Source: Selaginella moellendorffii (lineage: Eukaryota > Plantae > Lycopodiophyta). From it: DNA of 64,000 nucleotides. Below, piece by piece: positions 62,909-64,000 of this stretch. A program made the position numbers and the translations under genes. Position 1 is the first letter of the stretch. Each line of letters opens with the position of its first letter. Under the pieces are notes generated by a model, which saw nothing but the letters and a program-made list of their open reading frames with translations, had not been told where the DNA came from and did no database searches. The stretch is from NCBI RefSeq assembly GCF_000143415.4, contig NW_003314261.1:6174822-6238821 (forward strand), written 5' to 3'.

Positions 62909-64000
62909 ATGGCCGTGTCGTTGGTTTCTTTGCTTAGAACGCACATCCCCAGCCCGGGTTTCACAGGTTCCACTCCGCTTTGTGACAGTTTTATAGGAGA
63001 GCAAGGTTTGGGATTCATTCGTGTCGGCGCTCCAGATTTTTCTCTCCACGCTCTACGCACCAGTCTTCACAGATCCTCACCCGCTGCCCGAACCACAAAC
63101 CGCGAAGAGGCATTCTGCAAGGCTGTATGGGTCCCTGGTGATTCCGGTACAAGAGCTGTCCGCTGAGTACCAAAAAAGGTTTCAAGTTGGCGGTGGACTT
63201 CATCTCAGCAATAGAGAAGCTGCAGTCGTCATGTATGGCAATGCGGACGGAAGTATTTCTCAGCCGCCAAATGTATTTTCAGCACGTGATGCTGCAGGGT
63301 CTGACAGTTTCGGATGGTGAAGCCCACAAGATATTTTCTCGAGTGGCTGGCTATTTATACTACAAACGTAAGCACCCCATCGGGGTATGCTTGTGTTACA
63401 AGCATGAAGCGCGTATTGTTTTGCAGGATGAGCCGCGAGGAGGACGTTTTCCAGGTGTCTGATCACGTCGTCTTTGATATGAATTCACCACCACAAGACG
63501 CAGGATCTCCCACTTTTTTCGAAGCTCTCTTCTTGATGCACCTCATGTTTCAGGAGTCAAGTCTGCCTCTCCCACAGCAGAATTTGGACCAGCCTTTTCC
63601 ACGCAGAAAACGAATCAATTACAGCTCAGCTGGACCCAACACTGTCAATGCTCTCTCCAGGATCTACAAGGAACAGGCTGCGGATCTGTGTACGCAGATG
63701 ACAAAGCTTTGCAGATCTATGAACTTTAGCTTCAGAGGACATTGTAACGCTACAGCTCTCGGATTTGAAGCTGTCGAGCTGGTGTCGGATTCACTCTGGT
63801 GAACAAGTCTCGGTCTTTTGGGGGAGATTCAAAAACGAAAAGGCTGTCTTCAAATCAGTGGATGTGTGCAAGGCTCCCGACAAGCTGCCAAAGATGGTAC
63901 GTGAAGTGTGGGTGATGGCAAGATTGAAAAGCCTGCAAGGAGATATTATCCCTCGCCTCTATGCGTCTGGTTTCCTCGATGGCGGGATCTGGCTTACCAT
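62909..64000 (+). pseudogene. Divergent paralogous nuclease-like + kinase gene, frameshifted, running off the window
   Basis: MAVSLVSLLRTHIPSP..KVWDSF..SARLY..GYACVTS..FFEALF..KSVDV..MVREVWVMARLKSLQGDIIPRLYASG, spread over several frames. Confidence 0.65.

Overview
Eukaryotic plant DNA. The very short GT-AG introns (about 45-70 bp), compact gene spacing and PLS-PPR debris suggest a lycophyte such as Selaginella (inference, not verified). The first 14.7 kb is gene-dense: three tandem SURNod19-family genes, a decayed knottin-like peptide gene, an Ies6/YL1-C fragment, an IBA57/YgfZ (GcvT-family) gene, an acireductone dioxygenase, an ankyrin-repeat gene and a decayed nuclease-fold/kinase gene. 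From about 14.7 to 59.4 kb lies a nested transposon stack: a Sola-like DDE transposase, four Ty3/gypsy elements, a large non-autonomous LTR family with satellite-bearing LTRs of about 2.1 kb, S28-peptidase, PPR and kinase pseudogene fragments, and two 100-N gaps. The last 4.5 kb holds a decayed duplicate of the ARD-5'/kinase segment (with a 5'-truncated LINE and 17-bp TSD) and a head-to-head pair of Crinkler-like nuclease-kinase genes. The best candidate for a new system is 14.7-22.25 kb. There a Sola-like transposase and a divergently transcribed, spliced ParB/Srx-fold gene share at least 13 dispersed copies of one 24-bp palindrome (consensus AATGGCATGAGGCCTCATGCCATT), mostly in introns and flanks. 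The layout resembles a parS-ParB module carried by a plant DNA transposon. All family names come from motif recognition by eye; no database search was run.
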